The notes beneath the pieces were generated by a model. The model was not told where the DNA came from and did no database searches. It saw only the letters and a list, made by a program, of their open reading frames with translations. DNA of 64,000 nucleotides from Escherichia phage FL33, in the sequence record PP400788; one strand, given 5' to 3'. Positions 61,370-64,000 of this stretch are shown here, one piece after another (position 1 is the first letter of the stretch; each line of letters opens with the position of its first letter). The position numbers were made by a program, and so were the translations under genes.

Positions 61370-62525
61370 TTAACTGATCTAGGTCAGTTTCTAAATCAGC
61401 TGCTGATTTACTTTTACTTTCTGGAGATTTAAATTTTTCAACCTTTGAGTTAATTAATTCATCAACTTCGGCTTCAACAATTTCATTACTATCAATAGCA
61501 CCTAATTGATAAGCACGTTTAATAGCATCTCGGAATGGTTGATGCTTAAATAAAGGACCCCAGAATGTAGTGCAGTTGGTATCTTTTGCACGCCAAGATT
61601 TTTCTTCGCGAATCATCTCGCCTGTTTCTTCGTCAAGAAATTCACGAGCATACCAGCCATTTTTAGGTTTTACTACAAATCCTAATTCAAGAGCCATATC
61701 TAACAATCCAGAATAAGGATCGATACCACCGTCAAATTTAACATCAATAAAGAATTTACTTTTTTCTTTAACGGTACGAGATTTTTCTACATTTAGAACA
61801 AATTGATACCCCTGAAGATCAGAACCATCTTTAATCTGGCGCTTACCGATAATGAATACAGTATCAGCCGAATACATTACGCCTGTACCACCTGTCATCA
61901 CGGTTTTACTAAACATTTCAATTGTTTCAATTGTATGGTTAACCGCAACGCATGGAATATTTTTAATACTAAAATAAGGAGTAACAATACGGAATAATGA
62001 CTTCAGCGATTTAGCACGAGTCATATCTGCCACAGATTTTTCATTCAAGGCATCTTCCGTTTCTTTCTTAGAAGCCATATTACCGATTGAGTCGATGAAT
62101 ACAATAACCTTTTCACCACGCTCAATAGCTTCAAGCTGATTCACCATATCAATTTTCAGTTGTTCAACTGACTGAATTGGTGTATGAATTACTCGTTCCG
62201 GGTCAACTCCCATGGATCGCAAATAAGCTGGAGTGATACCAAATTCGCTATCATAAAATAGACAAACTGCATCAGGATATTTGTTCAAATACGCCGCAAC
62301 CATAGTCAAAGACATATTTGATTTAAAGTGTTTAGAAGGACCTGCAAAAATGGTTAAACCAGACTGCATACCACCATCAATCGCACCGGAAATAGCAATA
62401 TTAAGCATTGGGATTTTTGTACGGATTACATCCTTTTCATTAAAGAATTTAGATGTAGTCAGTTCAGCAGTCATTTTAGAAGTGGAAGCTTTAATCAAAC
62501 GGGATTTTAAATCTGCAATAGACAT
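61344..62525 (-). CDS. uvsX: UvsX RecA-like recombinase
   Basis: 393-aa ORF with RecA-fold Walker A (GPSKHFKS) and acidic C-terminus; T4 UvsX is 391 aa. Confidence 0.92.
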   Translation of the reverse strand: MSIADLKSRLIKASTSKMTAELTTSKFFNEKDVIRTKIPMLNIAISGAIDGGMQSGLTIFAGPSKHFKSNMSLTMVAAYLNKYPDAVCLFYDSEFGITPAYLRSMGVDPERVIHTPIQSVEQLKIDMVNQLEAIERGEKVIVFIDSIGNMASKKETEDALNEKSVADMTRAKSLKSLFRIVTPYFSIKNIPCVAVNHTIETIEMFSKTVMTGGTGVMYSADTVFIIGKRQIKDGSDLQGYQFVLNVEKSRTVKEKSKFFIDVKFDGGIDPYSGLLDMALELGFVVKPKNGWYAREFLDEETGEMIREEKSWRAKDTNCTTFWGPLFKHQPFRDAIKRAYQLGAIDSNEIVEAEVDELINSKVEKFKSPESKSKSAADLETDLDQLSDMEEFNE

Positions 62526-62602
62526 TCATTTTTTCCATAGGCATCATTATATTTTCCTCACCGGTTAAAGATAGAGTAATTATAACACAATAAATTTAGG
62601 CA

Positions 62603-63445
62603 TTAATCAACTACTATTGGATGAATAGCATTAAACTTATGAAACGCTTCTGATTTTTCTTTGCGCGAAACACACATGCGAAGAACCTTTAATGGCTCAT
62701 CTTCTTCACCCAACGATTTTCTCTTTTCAATATTCGATGTTTTCCAACGAGCTTGCTCTGGAAATTCTCTATTGATTTGCTCAAGCGCTCTATTATGTTT
62801 AGAATTGCTACGAATTGAACTACATCCACCGGGGGCTTGTGCTTTTCCGGATACAACCAGATATTTGAACAAGGCCAAATGCGGATAACCTTGATTAATT
62901 AAATTGAGAAATGCATACATATCTTCGCATAAATCAATTTTTCCATACCCAATTTGTTCTGTTGTAAGTTTTCCAAGGTCATACCATGTATTCGTGAATC
63001 CATATGAATTTTCACGATAATTACCCCAAGATGAAGTAATTTTAAAAATAGGTAGACGAGCATGGCCATGATAATACCCGCAATCCATGGCATCTTCAAC
63101 GTATTGAATCAATTCATAGAACTGTTCACGAGTTAATTGATTAATTTTATCTACGCAGCGACGATCATCTTTCTTTCGCATTGAACTCATACGAATAGTA
63201 GTATCATCATCGATCATCCAAATTCGTTGACCTGCATACATATCAGTAATTGCTTTACGAGTACCGGCAATTCCATTAACATCATCAGGAATAGCTATAA
63301 TTTTAGCTCTAGACCCATAAGCATCATAATAAGCTTTTTCTTCGTGTTCACGCACTACAATATGGGGTTCATAATCAGTCGGAAACATATTAAGGGCAGA
63401 AACTGCCCCGACACGCTGATAACTTGGAATTACGAATTGAATCAT
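62603..63445 (-). CDS. GT-A type glycosyltransferase, probably HMC-DNA beta-glucosyl-alpha-glucosyl-transferase (T2/T6-type) at the T4 beta-gt locus
   Basis: 280-aa ORF with DxD motif (IWMIDDDTT); unrelated to remembered T4 beta-gt (351 aa); locus upstream of uvsX. Confidence 0.5.
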   Translation of the reverse strand: MIQFVIPSYQRVGAVSALNMFPTDYEPHIVVREHEEKAYYDAYGSRAKIIAIPDDVNGIAGTRKAITDMYAGQRIWMIDDDTTIRMSSMRKKDDRRCVDKINQLTREQFYELIQYVEDAMDCGYYHGHARLPIFKITSSWGNYRENSYGFTNTWYDLGKLTTEQIGYGKIDLCEDMYAFLNLINQGYPHLALFKYLVVSGKAQAPGGCSSIRSNSKHNRALEQINREFPEQARWKTSNIEKRKSLGEEDEPLKVLRMCVSRKEKSEAFHKFNAIHPIVVD

Positions 63446-64000
63446 TTAAGTGCCTTACATTTGTCAAAATGGTATCTTGTCATATTTGGCCCACGTCCTT
63501 TTAGTCCGCAATGCGGACATATTTTTTCTATCAAATTATGAGGTTTTCCTTTACGATTTTTAGACATCGTTTCTTTAATTATTTTAGCTTTTTCTGCGCC
63601 AAAAATTTCTTCATAAGTTTTACCAGAATTTTCCTTTGCTCGATTTATAATTCCATATGCCTGCTCATTTTTACCATACATTGGATTACCTTCGCCTTTC
63701 ATTCTTTTAGAATGGTCAGGACGCTTAATTCCACGAAAGGCATTTCCACATTTATATCTTTCTTCTGGAGATAGTTTCTTACCGTACATTCCATTTAATT
63801 TGCCCGGAAAACTTCCTCCCCATGCTTCATTCTTTAAATTATATGAATCTGGACAATTAGCAGCATCTAAACAAGTTAAAATAATTTCTTCAACCTGTCT
63901 AAACATTGGTCCTTCATATAATATTTCTTTATTAAAGGATTTTATTCCATATTTCTTTTTAGCATGTTGCCAAACTACACCCGAACCATCATAATTCAGG
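63442..64000 (-). CDS. Seg-like homing endonuclease (GIY-YIG/NUMOD3 family), N-terminus beyond window edge
   Basis: ORF open to the window edge; repeated NUMOD3-like motifs (GKKLSPEERYK, GEGNPMYGK, GKTYEEIFGAEKAKIIKETMSKNRKGK), C-terminal CPHCG zinc-finger-like element. Confidence 0.55.
   Translation of the reverse strand, partial: LNYDGSGVVWQHAKKKYGIKSFNKEILYEGPMFRQVEEIILTCLDAANCPDSYNLKNEAWGGSFPGKLNGMYGKKLSPEERYKCGNAFRGIKRPDHSKRMKGEGNPMYGKNEQAYGIINRAKENSGKTYEEIFGAEKAKIIKETMSKNRKGKPHNLIEKICPHCGLKGRGPNMTRYHFDKCKALK

Overview
This 64-kb window is a contiguous block of a T4-like (T-even, Tevenvirinae) Escherichia myovirus genome. Gene calls rest on recognising protein sequences and T4 gene order from memory; no database search was run. 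Minus strand, 1-22.4 kb: rIII, 31, cd, pseT, alc, rnlA, denA, nrdB, nrdA, td (with its 1016-nt group I intron and I-TevI), frd, 32, 59, 33, dsbA, rnh. Plus strand, 22.5-33.0 kb: late long-tail-fibre operon 34-35-36-37-38 and holin t. Minus strand, 33.0-64 kb: asiA, motA, 52, ac, stp, ndd, denB, rIIB, rIIA, 39, dexA, dda, modA, modB, soc, 56, 61, sp, dmd, 41, 40, uvsX, a glycosyltransferase and a partial Seg-like endonuclease. The phage is not T4 itself: gene 38 is the T2-type glycine-rich adhesin, gene 39 is one intact 606-aa ORF (no gene 60 split), nrdB has no intron, and the nrdA-nrdB spacer holds no mobE. The most striking feature is nrdA, which is broken into two ORFs by an inserted HNH homing-endonuclease gene directly after the active-site loop. 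Other points worth a second look are an apparent frameshift in ndd, an extra ORF between frd and td, a divergent small membrane ORF between 56 and 61, and a second homing-endonuclease-like gene at the window edge. Regulatory signals are typical T4: a family of near-identical early promoters, TATAAATA late promoters, CUUCGG tetraloop hairpins and the gene 32 leader pseudoknot.
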